Below, piece after piece: positions 1 through 9,289 of a DNA stretch of 64,000 bases. The stretch covers positions 644,261 to 708,260 of the forward strand of contig CAVPCR010000002.1 of assembly GCA_963702435.1 (NCBI GenBank), read 5' to 3'. Every line of letters begins with the position of its first letter. The first letter of the stretch is position 1. The translations under genes were made by a program, and so were the position numbers. Origin of the DNA: Candidatus Eiseniibacteriota bacterium. Lineage in GTDB: Bacteria > Eisenbacteria > RBG-16-71-46 > CAVPCR01. The notes beneath the pieces were generated by a model. That model did not search any database. It was given only the letters and a program-made list of their open reading frames with translations, and was not told where the DNA came from.

Positions 1-259
1 GCGGGAACTGGGCGAGGAGATCGGGGTCGATGCCGTCGCCCGTCTTGTAGCCGGGGTAGAGGTCGTTCCGGAACGACTCGACGATGTGGTCGAAGGCGCA
101 CGCGACGTGCGTGGTGCCGGGAGTCGCGAGGAGCGCGTGGATGCTGCGGAGGAGACCGAGCGTCGCTCCGACCTCGCGGCCGTCCAGCGCTCGCTTCGGC
201 GGGGCGCCGAAGTAGCTCCGGAAGAGCTCGTACGTGCCGTCTACGAGATGGATCTTCAT
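1..259 (-). CDS. 5'-3' exonuclease / flap endonuclease (N-terminal part, runs off window)
   Basis: Manual translation MKIHLVDGTYELFRSYFG...ACAFDHIVESFRNDLYPGYKTG matches the PIN-like 5'-3' exonuclease N-domain motifs (LVDG, AFD, FR..LYP.YK). ATG overlaps the toxin stop (ATGA). Confidence 0.85.
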   Translation of the reverse strand, partial: MKIHLVDGTYELFRSYFGAPPKRALDGREVGATLGLLRSIHALLATPGTTHVACAFDHIVESFRNDLYPGYKTGDGIDPDLLAQFP

Positions 260-582
260 TCGTCGTCCGGCCTCAGCCCTGCCTCAGACGCCCGCGTCTT
301 CCAGATCGAGGCGTTTCGATGCTGATGCAGGACAGCAATGACGACTACACGCTCTGCCCGAGCTACGAAGTAGATCGCATAGGGGAATCGACGTAGAAGC
401 GCGCGGCGGACATCGGGCGCAACTTCAGGAAAGTGCAGAGGGAATCCCACGATGCGCGCCTGCACGTCGTCAAGCGCGTCGAGGAAACGCGGGCCCAATC
501 CGCGAACTTGTCGCTCGTACCAGACTACCACCGACTCGACGTCCGCTTCGGCCTCAAGGCGGACAACCAGAACCCGGCTCAT
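256..582 (-). CDS. RelE/ParE family type II toxin
   Basis: AEADVESVVVWYERQVRGLGPRFLDAL...RRALLRRFPYAIYF...VIAVLHQHR is a typical ParE-like pattern. Confidence 0.85.
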   Translation of the reverse strand: MSRVLVVRLEAEADVESVVVWYERQVRGLGPRFLDALDDVQARIVGFPLHFPEVAPDVRRALLRRFPYAIYFVARAERVVVIAVLHQHRNASIWKTRASEAGLRPDDE

Positions 583-584
583 TC

Positions 585-833
585 CTACTCTGGCGACTCG
601 CCTGATAGCCGTCGTCGCAACTCGTCGCGGAATGCTTCCCAGGAGCGACCCGCATCTGGATTGGCGGCGAATTCACGCATCCGTTCGGCGATCACGCGGC
701 GGTGCCACTCCGGCATCGGAATCCGTTCGGCAGTTGCTGCGATCCGATCCCAGAGCGACTGAACGTACTCGATCTTCTCGTCGACTGACAAGTCGTCGAA
801 GCCGGGCGGAGGATTGGGGATGGATTGGGACAT
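585..833 (-). CDS. Addiction-module antitoxin (TIGR02574-like)
   Basis: LSVDEKIEYVQSLWDRI...PEWHRRVIAERM...GRSWE pattern; lies directly upstream of the toxin. Confidence 0.8.
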   Translation of the reverse strand: MSQSIPNPPPGFDDLSVDEKIEYVQSLWDRIAATAERIPMPEWHRRVIAERMREFAANPDAGRSWEAFRDELRRRLSGESPE

Positions 834-885
834 GTCACATCTTCCTTGTTTTCTAGACTCTCCTAGCATACCAGCTGGCTTCGCG

Positions 886-1596
886 CTAGTCGATGATCCC
901 CACCGCGCTGAACTCGGGCAGTCCGCGCCAGTATAGCGCCCAGCCGAGGAACGAGAGGAGCGCGAAGGCGTGCGCCGCGAAGAGGAAGGTCACGATCGGC
1001 TGACGGCCGAGCCGCCGCCGGCCGCGGACCGCGACCCAGCCGACAACGAGCGCAGCGAAGGGAACGCCGAGAGGCGCCGTGCCCGCCTCCACGATTGCCG
1101 CGAAGTAGGTCGCCCCGTAGATGATCCCGGCCATGACCGCCAGGTCCGTACCGTCGCGCCGATCCAGATGCGAGCTCCGCCCCGCGCGCTGCAGCAAGAC
1201 CCACGACAAGCCCACGATGCCGGCATGCCACAGGTAGTGACTCAGCGTCTCGTCCATGAACTGCACGAGCGCCGCGACGGGCGTCCCCGCGAACTCCGCG
1301 CTCCGGTGCCCGATCGCGTTGGCGGCGAGGTGCATGGCCTGTCCCTCGACCCAGAGCGACGCGAGAACCAGGAAGGCCACCGTCTCCGCCCGCCCCCGCG
1401 CGCCCTCGCCACCCCCGCGGAAGAGGAGCCAGTAGAGCGGCATCAGGACGAGCGGCGTCAGCAGATCGAGGATGTCCCCGCCCCGGAGGAGCGGGTATGG
1501 ACGGAACGGCGCCGGCAGCAATGCCGGCCCGAGGATGAACGCCGCGAAGGCCAGAGCGAACACGAGAAGGAGGACGGGAAGACGGGTCTTTCTCAC
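886..1596 (-). CDS. Multi-pass membrane protein, unknown function
   Basis: About 7 hydrophobic segments; GTG start overlaps the upstream GNAT stop (GTGA). Confidence 0.7.
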   Translation of the reverse strand: MRKTRLPVLLLVFALAFAAFILGPALLPAPFRPYPLLRGGDILDLLTPLVLMPLYWLLFRGGGEGARGRAETVAFLVLASLWVEGQAMHLAANAIGHRSAEFAGTPVAALVQFMDETLSHYLWHAGIVGLSWVLLQRAGRSSHLDRRDGTDLAVMAGIIYGATYFAAIVEAGTAPLGVPFAALVVGWVAVRGRRRLGRQPIVTFLFAAHAFALLSFLGWALYWRGLPEFSAVGIID

Positions 1597-2159
1597 CGGC
1601 GGTCCGCCCGGAGATCGCAGACGAAGAGGATCCCGCGTCCGCCCTCGAACTCGACTCCCGGATGATGGAAGTCCCGGGTCAGCTCGACGAAGCCGAGGCC
1701 CGCATGGAGATCGATGCTCACGAGGTTCCGCTCGTTGGCGACGTAGTACGCGCGGTCGCCCCCTTCGGCGATCCAGGCGAGCCGGGTCCGTGTGAGCTCG
1801 GACCCCACGCCGCGGCGCCGCATGCTCGGCTCGACGACGACGCCGGTCAGGTACCAGCCCTCCGGAACCACGTTCGCGGGCGCACCGGCCGGCGCCGCGA
1901 AGTAGCCCGCCTTGCCGTAGCCGATGACGCGGCCCTCGAGCGACGCCACATGGAGGAGCGCGCGCCCGGCGCGGCACTCCGCGTGGACCCGGCTCATCCT
2001 CTCGATCCAGGCGGCGACCGGCTCCCCTTCCCGCGCCGCGGCGATCGTCGCCACGGCGGGGAGATCGGGCTCTTGCGCCGGCCGGACGATGAGCTTGCTC
2101 AGGACTGCGAACCGATCCTCTCGTTCGGCGCCCGGCGCGTACTCCGCGAACTCGCTCAT
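1593..2159 (-). CDS. GNAT family N-acetyltransferase
   Basis: VVVEPSMRRRGVGSEL acetyl-CoA motif A and N..SIDLHAGLGF. Confidence 0.85.
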   Translation of the reverse strand: MSEFAEYAPGAEREDRFAVLSKLIVRPAQEPDLPAVATIAAAREGEPVAAWIERMSRVHAECRAGRALLHVASLEGRVIGYGKAGYFAAPAGAPANVVPEGWYLTGVVVEPSMRRRGVGSELTRTRLAWIAEGGDRAYYVANERNLVSIDLHAGLGFVELTRDFHHPGVEFEGGRGILFVCDLRADRR

Positions 2160-2941
2160 GGCTTCCGCACCCGGACATGCAGGAAGTAGGCGACCACCTG
2201 CGCGTCCTGCACACCGGGACACGCGGCGGCGACGGCATCGCTCGGGCGCGGCTCGGCGACCCGATCGAGCCGGAAGCCGCTGTCGACGAGGAGGTTGAGC
2301 CACTGACTCATCGTGCGATTGAAGCGTGGCACCTTGAACGCCGGGAGCTCGCGCTTCACCTCGGGCGGCGTCGCCGTGAAGATCCACTCGGCGATGTCCC
2401 CGTTCAGCTCTCGAAAGTAATCACCCACCTCTATGGCATAGGTCGTGCCGCCGGCGTCGCGGAGATTCCGGCGATGCGGGGTGTCGAAGCAGGGATGCGT
2501 GATCGAGAACTGGAGGAAGCCGCCGGGCGCGAGGACCCGAAGGGCCTCGGCGAGCACGCGCCCCATCTCCGGGATGTCCATGAAGCTCATGAACCCCGTG
2601 GCGAAGTCGAAGGACCGATCGGCGAACGGCAGCGCGACGGCGCTCGCGACGCGGTAATCGATGCCGAGCGGCTCCCGCGCCTCCGCTTCCCGCGCGTGCT
2701 CGATGAATCGCTCGGCGATGTCGATGCCCGTGACCCGTGCGCCGCGCCGGGCGAGAAGCCGCGTGTTGTGCCCCTCGCCACAGCCGATGTCGAGCCCGAC
2801 CAGTCCCTGCACATCGGGCAACAGCTCGAAGAACGCGGGCGTGTTGAAGGCGTCCCGGTAGATGTCGTAGCCCGCCCGGGCGAGCCGGGTCCACGCCGCC
2901 GCGTTCTCGTTCCAGAAGCGCCCCACGTCCTCGTGGTCCAT
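2156..2941 (-). CDS. Class I SAM-dependent methyltransferase
   Basis: GLDIGCGEG motif I, LPFADRSFD, RVLAPGG. Confidence 0.9.
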   Translation of the reverse strand: MDHEDVGRFWNENAAAWTRLARAGYDIYRDAFNTPAFFELLPDVQGLVGLDIGCGEGHNTRLLARRGARVTGIDIAERFIEHAREAEAREPLGIDYRVASAVALPFADRSFDFATGFMSFMDIPEMGRVLAEALRVLAPGGFLQFSITHPCFDTPHRRNLRDAGGTTYAIEVGDYFRELNGDIAEWIFTATPPEVKRELPAFKVPRFNRTMSQWLNLLVDSGFRLDRVAEPRPSDAVAAACPGVQDAQVVAYFLHVRVRKP

Positions 2942-2982
2942 GTCCCGTGCACCTCCCCCGCGCCGCCCCGGTCCGTCCCCGG

Positions 2983-3712
2983 CTAGCGCGTCAGCGCGTC
3001 GGCGAGCGCCCGCAGGAGCTTCGCGCCGTCGCCGCGCCAGGCGCTCCCGTGCATGACGGCGAGTGTCTTCGGCTCGGTCGCGGCCAGCCGCTCGAGGAGC
3101 GCCCGCGTGTTCCTCGCGTGCGCATAGTAGTCCATGACGCCCCGCATCTCCTCGCTCGGCCCGAGGATGTCCGACTCGGTCACCGCCGGGTCGCCCGGGC
3201 CCGGCTGCGTGAAGAGATCCCCGCAGAGCAGCGTCCGCGTGGCCGACTCGAAGAGATAGCCGCATTCCCACCCGTGCGGGAGATGCGGCGTGTCGAGCCA
3301 CTTCACGGCGTGCCGCCCGAGCGGGAGCGTCTCCCCGTCGGCCAGGGCGCGCGCCGGCCGGTCGGCGAGATCATCGATCGAGACGAGCGCGGCGATCTTC
3401 CCGCAGAGAGGCACCGCCCGCGGGGCCACCGCAAGCCACTCGTTCAGCGAACCGCACTCATCCGACTCGACGTGGGAGAAGCCGATGTAGCGGAGCCGGT
3501 CCACCGGCATCACGCTCGCCACCGCCTCGCGCACGAGGGGGAACATCTTCCGCGGCCCCGTGTGGAAGAGGAGCGACTCGTCATCCATGACCAGGTACTG
3601 GTTGAACGAGAAGGGCCCCCCGCCCGCGAATCTCGACCGGCGTGTTGATGCGGTAGATCCCTTCCGCCACCTCGTTGATGTTGGTCCCCGACTGCTGGTT
3701 GGTGACTCCCAC
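2983..3712 (-). pseudogene. MBL-fold protein (FprA/ODP-like), one frameshift near 3630
   Basis: N-terminus VGVTNQQSGTNINEVAEGIYRINTPVEI follows an AAGGAG RBS, then continues in another frame as FSFNQYLV...HVESDECG...TPHLPHGW...LCGDLF...MHG. May be a sequencing error rather than a true pseudogene. Confidence 0.7.
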
Positions 3713-3743
3713 GCTGCTCTCCTTTCGCTGATGGCGCCGCCCG

Positions 3744-4268
3744 TCATGTATCGAGCCGCGCCGCATAGCGCAGCTCGATGAGCTCCCGGCCACCGAAGTC
3801 GCCGGCCTTCCTGCCGCCCGCGCCCGCCGCATCCGCGGTGAACCCGAGCGTCGAGTAGAAGCGGCGAGCCGCTTCGTTCCGTTCCAGGACCCAGAGTGTC
3901 ACGCGCTCGTACCCCGCGCTCCGGAAGCGCGCGCACGCGTGCTGCATGAGAAGGCGGCCGGCGCCGCGCCGCCAGGCCGCGGGATCGATGTTGATCGCGT
4001 AGACCTCGGCGGTGCGCGGCGACGCCTCCGCATCCCGGGTCTCGCCGCCGATCGCCCAGCCGGCGACGACCCCGCCCTCCTCGGCGACGAGCACGGTCCG
4101 CCCGCCCCGGGCGAGCGTCTCGCGCCATCTCTCCACGCGGGAGTCCACCGACAGGCCGGCGAGGAAGTCGTCCGGCATGATCCCGCGATAGGCCTCCTGC
4201 CAGGCCCGCACGTGGATCTCGGCGATCCGCCGTGCATCATCGAGGCAGGCTTCGCGGATCGTCAGCAT
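3744..4268 (-). CDS. GNAT family N-acetyltransferase
   Basis: IAEIHVRAWQEAYRGIMP, WRRGAGRLL, LWVLERNEAARRFY. Confidence 0.9.
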   Translation of the reverse strand: MLTIREACLDDARRIAEIHVRAWQEAYRGIMPDDFLAGLSVDSRVERWRETLARGGRTVLVAEEGGVVAGWAIGGETRDAEASPRTAEVYAINIDPAAWRRGAGRLLMQHACARFRSAGYERVTLWVLERNEAARRFYSTLGFTADAAGAGGRKAGDFGGRELIELRYAARLDT

Positions 4269-4298
4269 GGCGGTGCTTCCTCGGTCCACACCGGCTCA

Positions 4299-4463
4299 TC
4301 ACGCGTATCGCTGCGCCAGGTCGCGCACCGATCGTGTGATGAGCTCCCCGAGCACGCCAAGGTCGATGGCGGAGAGACGCCGCACGTAGAGGGCGGCCTT
4401 GCCGGTCTCGTGCTTTCCGAGCTGCGCGAGGAGCGCCGCGTACCGATCGAGGGAGTGGCCTGG
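4299..4463 (-). pseudogene. C-terminal fragment of a DUF1801/YdhG-like protein, no start codon
   Basis: Manual translation DRYAALLAQLGKHETGKAALYVRRLSAIDLGVLGELITRSV resembles the LGKHK.GK.CLYIKRL.D.D..VL..LI tail of DUF1801 proteins. Confidence 0.55.
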
Positions 4464-4853
4464 CTACGCCTGCGCAGGGAATGGAGTCTGCCCGAGCTTG
4501 CGCCCGATGTGCTCGTAGACCGTCCGTAGACCCTTCTGCGGGCTGAACTCGAGGATCTCCGTGTCCACGTCGAACCGAACCGTGTGCTTTGGCGGCCAGT
4601 AGAAGACCTCCCCGGCGCGGCTCGTCTCCCTGGTGCCGTCTCCATACGTGACCTGAACGGCACCGCTCAGGACCACACCCCAGTGCGGGCAGGAGCACAT
4701 GTCGCCGGGAAGCCCGGCCAGGAGGGGTGTGGCATCCGCTCCGGCCGAGAACTTGGCGCTGACGACGGTCATGTCGCCCCATTCGATGGCGCGGGACTTG
4801 ACGGCGCCGGGAACGTCGAGGGCGACGGGCATCTCCTCTTTCTTGCACTGCAT
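4464..4853 (-). CDS. Cupin-domain protein
   Basis: GLPGDMCSCPHWGVVLSG...AGEVFYWPPKH...EFSP cupin pattern; AAGGAG RBS. Confidence 0.8.
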   Translation of the reverse strand: MQCKKEEMPVALDVPGAVKSRAIEWGDMTVVSAKFSAGADATPLLAGLPGDMCSCPHWGVVLSGAVQVTYGDGTRETSRAGEVFYWPPKHTVRFDVDTEILEFSPQKGLRTVYEHIGRKLGQTPFPAQA

Positions 4854-4963
4854 GGTCGGGACTCCTTGCCTCTGCTGGGGACTCGGGTTCGGGACTCGAG
4901 CGGGGGCTTCGATCACGATACCCGATCGCGAACCTGCATGGAACCCACGATCGCCCGCCGCGG

Positions 4964-5356
4964 CTAGGCGGGGTCGCGGTGCACGGAGTCCGGCGAGAAG
5001 GCCGGCAGGCAGACCGCGATGTACTCGGCGCCGTCGGCGCCGGGCGTCGAGTAGCGGACCCACTCGCCGGCCGGCACGAGGACCGCCTGCCCGGCGCGCA
5101 CCCGGAGGACACCGCCCCCCTCGCTCTCGACGCAGAGCTCGCCGCGGAGGACCACCGTGTACTCGATGAAGTCCGGCCGCTGCCCGGGTTCGACCCACCC
5201 CGGCGGGCTCGTCATCCGCGCGACGCTGACCGCGGCCGTCCCCGAGCTCACGCGGCCGATGAACTCTTCGATCCGCTTCGGCTTGTTGCCGGCGGCCGCG
5301 ATGACCGCCGGCGCCGCGATCAGCGTGGGCAGTGGCCCTGACGTTTCTTCGCTCAT
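4964..5356 (-). CDS. Cupin (EutQ-like)
   Basis: KPKRIEEFIGRV...SPPGWVEPGQRPDFIEYTVVLRGEL...EWVRYSTP...YIAVCLPAFSP. Confidence 0.85.
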   Translation of the reverse strand: MSEETSGPLPTLIAAPAVIAAAGNKPKRIEEFIGRVSSGTAAVSVARMTSPPGWVEPGQRPDFIEYTVVLRGELCVESEGGGVLRVRAGQAVLVPAGEWVRYSTPGADGAEYIAVCLPAFSPDSVHRDPA

Positions 5357-5365
5357 TTCCTTCCA

Positions 5366-5872
5366 CTAAGTGAGCAGGTCGCGTTTCGCCTGGGCGACCC
5401 AGCCGGGAGCGCTCTCCGTCGTCTGCCGGAGGATCAGGTTGATCTGCGCCGCTCCATGCTGGACGTGGCGCATGTTGTAGAGGAGGAGCTCGGCGAAGGA
5501 GACCTCGCCCCAGGGAAAGCGGTAGCGCCGGGCGGCCCGCTCGGCCGTCAAGCCGGCGATCGTCTCCCGGCACTTCCGGCGCCCATGCTCGAGATAGGCG
5601 CGCAGCTCGTCCTTCCTGTAGACCCGCTCGGGCAGCAATCCGGCCGGATCCAGCTCGTCGAGCGTGAAGGGCGCGGGCGGGACGAATCCCTCGGCCGGAC
5701 CGGACAGGTAGAGGTCGAGCCAGAAGAGCGTATGAAAGGCGAGATACCAGACTTCCGGCTCCCGCGTGCGGTCGCTCCAGATCTCCTCGGGGCAGGCGAT
5801 GATGGCGCGATCGAACATGTCGATCGCGGCCCCGAACTGCTGCCAGATGAGATCTTTCCACGTCGAGTCCAC
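5366..5872 (-). CDS. DinB family protein
   Basis: WQQFGAAIDM...WYLAFHTLFWLDLYL...LLLYNMRHVQHGAAQ; GTG start after AGGAG. Confidence 0.85.
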   Translation of the reverse strand: MDSTWKDLIWQQFGAAIDMFDRAIIACPEEIWSDRTREPEVWYLAFHTLFWLDLYLSGPAEGFVPPAPFTLDELDPAGLLPERVYRKDELRAYLEHGRRKCRETIAGLTAERAARRYRFPWGEVSFAELLLYNMRHVQHGAAQINLILRQTTESAPGWVAQAKRDLLT

Positions 5873-5915
5873 GTGCTCCTCCGCTCGCCGGCGCGCGAGA
5901 TGCCGCCGCCGGCCT

Positions 5916-6205
5916 TCAGAAACCCATCCTGGCGAGGAATGACAACCACCGCGGATCCGCGTGCAGGTTCGCGAGGAGCGGGTCCGCCTTGATCTCCGCC
6001 ATTCCGGCATCATGCATGGAATACGCGCGCTCGAGCCAGGTGAAGGCGAGGTCCGCCTCGCTGCGAGCGCTGGCAGCAGAACCTTGAGCGCAACATCACG
6101 TCCGAGTCGCGTGTCGTGCGCCAGGTAGACCTCGCCCATGCCGCCCGCGCCGAGGAGCGAGCGGATCTCGTCGGGGCCGAGGCGGGTGAAGGAGGAGAGG
6201 GCCAT
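5916..6205 (-). pseudogene. Ser/Thr protein kinase-TPR gene remnant with a large internal deletion
   Basis: Kinase subdomains I-II (LGAGGMGEVYLAHDTRLGRDVALKVL) are joined out of frame to the characteristic C-terminal tail (AFTWLERAYSMHDAGMAEIKADPLLANLHADPRW...MGF*). Confidence 0.75.
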
Positions 6206-6216
6206 CGTACCGTCAC

Positions 6217-6687
6217 TCAACCGTGGAAGCGCTCACCGACCGACGCGGCGCCGCCGCGCGGCCGCTCCTCCGCCTCGCTGCCGTTCTGGTGGATCGCCTG
6301 GGTGATCACGCGCATCGTCACCGCGTGCAAGTGGGAGCGCAGCGTCGAGTTCAACTCCTGGAACTCCGGCCACAAAACCTGGTGCACGAAACTCGGCGCC
6401 ACGCGTGCCATCACGGTTGTCCGGCGCTGGCGCGGGTAACGGTAGGGCTCGAGCCCGTAGCGCCGGAGAAGCGCCACGAACAGGAGCCGCGACCACGTGT
6501 CGCCGAGCGTGAAGCGCAGCTCGACCAGACGCTCGGCGCGCTCGAAGTGCTGGAGCCGCTCGCGGAGCCGTTTCAGGGCGTCGCCCGCCGCCGCCTTCTC
6601 GCCGGGCGTCCCCGGCCGCGAGAACAGGGCCTCGATCTTCCGTAGCTTCTCGATCAGCCGTGCTTCTTCGTCATCACGATCACGCAT
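6217..6687 (-). CDS. Hypothetical protein (DUF2786-like N-terminus)
   Basis: LIEKLRKIEALF...TPGEKAAA and WSRLLFVALLRRYGLEPYRYPRQRRTTVM. Confidence 0.65.
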   Translation of the reverse strand: MRDRDDEEARLIEKLRKIEALFSRPGTPGEKAAAGDALKRLRERLQHFERAERLVELRFTLGDTWSRLLFVALLRRYGLEPYRYPRQRRTTVMARVAPSFVHQVLWPEFQELNSTLRSHLHAVTMRVITQAIHQNGSEAEERPRGGAASVGERFHG

Positions 6688-7021
6688 CGCCGTGCCTCCG
6701 CATCCCGTTCCTGGCAGACGGCACGGCATCATGACGACCGGAGAGGTCTCGTCGACCCGCCGTGCACCCGATCGCCACGGATGGATCGTACCACCGGAGG
6801 CCGGGGTCGGGTCCAGCTGAGCCCCGGGCAGCCATCGAACGGCGCTGGCGCCGGCGTGGCTCGGCAGGGGGCGCCGGGCGGCGCCGGCGCGGCGCACAAC
6901 GCCCCGCATCGGCTAGGATCGGGCCTCCCCCGGTCCCGGAGCACCCCCCCGAAAGGGCTCCGCCCTTCACAGCCCGAGCCGCGGCGCGCCCCCCGAGCGC
7001 GCCCTCGACAAGGAGAAGGAC

Positions 7022-7492
7022 ATGGCAGTCAAGCCCATTCCCGACGGTTATCACACGGCAACCCCGTATCTCATCATCAAGGATGCGGCGCGCGCCCTCG
7101 ACTTCTACAAGCAGGCGCTCGGCGCCGAGGAGCTCTTCCGGATGGCCAGTCCGGACGGCAAGATCGGACATGCCGAGATCAGGATCGGCAACTCGATCCT
7201 CATGCTGGCCGACGAGCATCCGGAGATGGGCTACCAGAGCCCGCAATCCTATGGCGGCACGCCGGTCTCGATCATGCTCTACGTCGAGGACGTCGACGCG
7301 CAGTTCCAGAAGGCGGTGGCGGCCGGCGCGAAGGTGAAGCGTCCCCTCAAGGATCAGTTCTACGGGGATCGGAGCGGCACCATCGCCGACCCCTTCGGTC
7401 ACGAGTGGACGATCGCCACCCACAAGGAGGACCTGCCGATGGAGGAGATCGAGCGGCGGGCGGCGGAGGCGATGAAGCAAGGCGCGATGTAG
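7022..7492 (+). CDS. VOC/glyoxalase (PhnB-like) protein
   Basis: VKPIPDGYHTATPYL...HAEIRIGNS...DQFYGDRSGTIADPFGHEW; GAAGGA RBS. Confidence 0.92.
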   Translation: MAVKPIPDGYHTATPYLIIKDAARALDFYKQALGAEELFRMASPDGKIGHAEIRIGNSILMLADEHPEMGYQSPQSYGGTPVSIMLYVEDVDAQFQKAVAAGAKVKRPLKDQFYGDRSGTIADPFGHEWTIATHKEDLPMEEIERRAAEAMKQGAM

Positions 7493-7538
7493 GGCGCCGG
7501 CGACCCGCGCGGTCCACGCGGAGTCGAACCGCAACGAT

Positions 7539-7566
7539 GGAGCCCCGGCCCACCCGCCGGGGCTCC
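7539..7566. terminator. GC hairpin between convergent genes, possible bidirectional terminator
   Basis: GGAGCCCCGGC-N6-GCCGGGGCTCC, a perfect 11-bp stem; weak U-tract. Confidence 0.45.
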
Positions 7567-7606
7567 GTCCTTTCGGCGCGACTCCAGCGCGACCGCGCGC
7601 CGCGAA

Positions 7607-9028
7607 TCACGCCGCCGGCAGGATGTTCTGATTGCGCCGGAAGAAGTTCGTGGGATCGTACTTCTTCTTGATCTCGGCCAGGCGGCGGTAGTTCGTGCCG
7701 TAGGCCGCACGCACCCGATCCCCCTCCTCCTCGGTCAGGAAGTTCACGTAGGCGCCGCCCGTGGCGAAGGGCCCTGCCGCCGTGAAGAGCTCCCGCGCCC
7801 AGCCGATGCACGCCGAGTCCTTGCCCGGGTCGGTCCAGCGGCCGTGCACGTTCAGGACGAACTCGGCATCCCGGTGCGTGTAAGCGGTCGCATCGAGCGG
7901 CACACGGCTCACCGCCCCGCCGAGCTGGGCGAAGGCGATCTCGGTCATCGGGTCGGGGATCCGCTGCGCGTGATCCACGAGCACGTCGATCAGGCCGTCG
8001 GAGACCTCGCGGAAGTCGTGGGACTTCCAGTAGTTTCGCGCCCCGGGCGTGAGCAGCGGATCGAAGATCTTCTGCCAGGCCGTGAACGGATGCGGCGCGA
8101 TCACGTCCGCAATGGGCTTCCCGACGGTCCGGAGCGGCTTCGCCACGCGCTCACCGTCCGCGATCGGACCCGCATAACACACCGCAAGCGCGAGGATCCC
8201 CTTCCCGTGCCACTCGGTGGGCAGGAACGGGAGCGGCGGCGCGAGACGGAGCACGAACCAGCAGACGAACTCCTCGGGGGTCGTCTTCAAAAAGTCGCGG
8301 TAGTAGCGGAGAACGGTCCGCGCCTCCGCCATCGGATGGATGATGAGGCCCGAGAGCACCTCCGGACCCACCGGGTGGAGCTTGAACTCGAACGAGGTCA
8401 CGATCCCGAAGTTGCCGCCGCCGCCGCGAATCGCCCAGAAGAGATCCGGGTTCTCGGTGTTCGAGGCCTTGACCAGCTCGCCGGCCGCCGTCACCACGTC
8501 GGCGGAGACGAGGCTGTCGATCGAGAGCCCGAGCTTCCGGCTGAGCCAGCCGAATCCGCCGCCGAGCGTGAGCCCGGCGATCCCGGTCGTCGAGTTGATC
8601 CCGACCGGGGTGGCGAGCCCGAACGCCTGAGTGTCGTGATCGACATCGGCGAGGGTGGCACCGGCCTCGACTCGCGCCGTGCGCTTGACCGGATCCACCT
8701 GCACGGACCTCATCCGTGAGAGATCGATCATCAGGCCGCCGTCGCAGACGGCGTTGCCCGCAATGTTGTGGCCGCCGCCACGCACTGCCGGACCGATGTC
8801 GTGCGCGCGGCAGAAGCGAACGGCGTGGATGACATCGGCGGCGCTCGCGCACTGCACGATCACCGACGGCCGCCGGTCGATCATCGCGTTCCAGATCGTG
8901 CGCGCCGCATCGTAGTCCGGCATTCCGGGCGTCACGACGCGTCCGCGCACACTTCCTGTCAGTTCAGCAATCGCTCCCTGATCGAGAGCAATGTCGCCGG
9001 GACGCGACATGGTCTTGAGACTTGACAT
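7607..9028 (-). CDS. FAD-binding oxidoreductase (FAD_binding_4 + BBE domain)
   Basis: AVRGGGHN flavinylation motif, GLTLGGGFG, DLFWAIRGGGGNFGIVT, AYVNF...KKKYDPTNFF. Confidence 0.93.
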   Translation of the reverse strand: MSSLKTMSRPGDIALDQGAIAELTGSVRGRVVTPGMPDYDAARTIWNAMIDRRPSVIVQCASAADVIHAVRFCRAHDIGPAVRGGGHNIAGNAVCDGGLMIDLSRMRSVQVDPVKRTARVEAGATLADVDHDTQAFGLATPVGINSTTGIAGLTLGGGFGWLSRKLGLSIDSLVSADVVTAAGELVKASNTENPDLFWAIRGGGGNFGIVTSFEFKLHPVGPEVLSGLIIHPMAEARTVLRYYRDFLKTTPEEFVCWFVLRLAPPLPFLPTEWHGKGILALAVCYAGPIADGERVAKPLRTVGKPIADVIAPHPFTAWQKIFDPLLTPGARNYWKSHDFREVSDGLIDVLVDHAQRIPDPMTEIAFAQLGGAVSRVPLDATAYTHRDAEFVLNVHGRWTDPGKDSACIGWARELFTAAGPFATGGAYVNFLTEEEGDRVRAAYGTNYRRLAEIKKKYDPTNFFRRNQNILPAA

Positions 9029-9289
9029 GGGATCTCCAGCAGTTCGTCGTCCTTGACGGCTGCCGGATCGCGCCCGCGGGGGGTGGGGCCCTCGGCGATT
9101 GCGCCAGCCTCTAGACGGCGAACCCGCACGGGTTCAGGGGACCGGCGAACGCCCCGGGCGGGCGTCCGCAGCGCAAGCAGTCTGACTCCCCATACGCGGC
9201 GGTTGCAAGCTCCGGTTGCCAAGGATCAGTAAATCAGACCCGGGCGGCCGGAGAAACTCATGGACATATCTCGATCGTCTGGACGGCTA

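Noticed and set aside
5366..6220. 284-aa kinase-DinB fusion ORF
   Set aside because: The kinase remnant reads through by chance; DinB has its own RBS and GTG at 5872.
1..6700. Run of small co-oriented genes (TA, GNATs, DinB, cupins) resembling an integron cassette array
   Set aside because: Many junctions overlap (ATGA/GTGA) or are only a few bp long, and I found no repeated attC-like sites between the genes.
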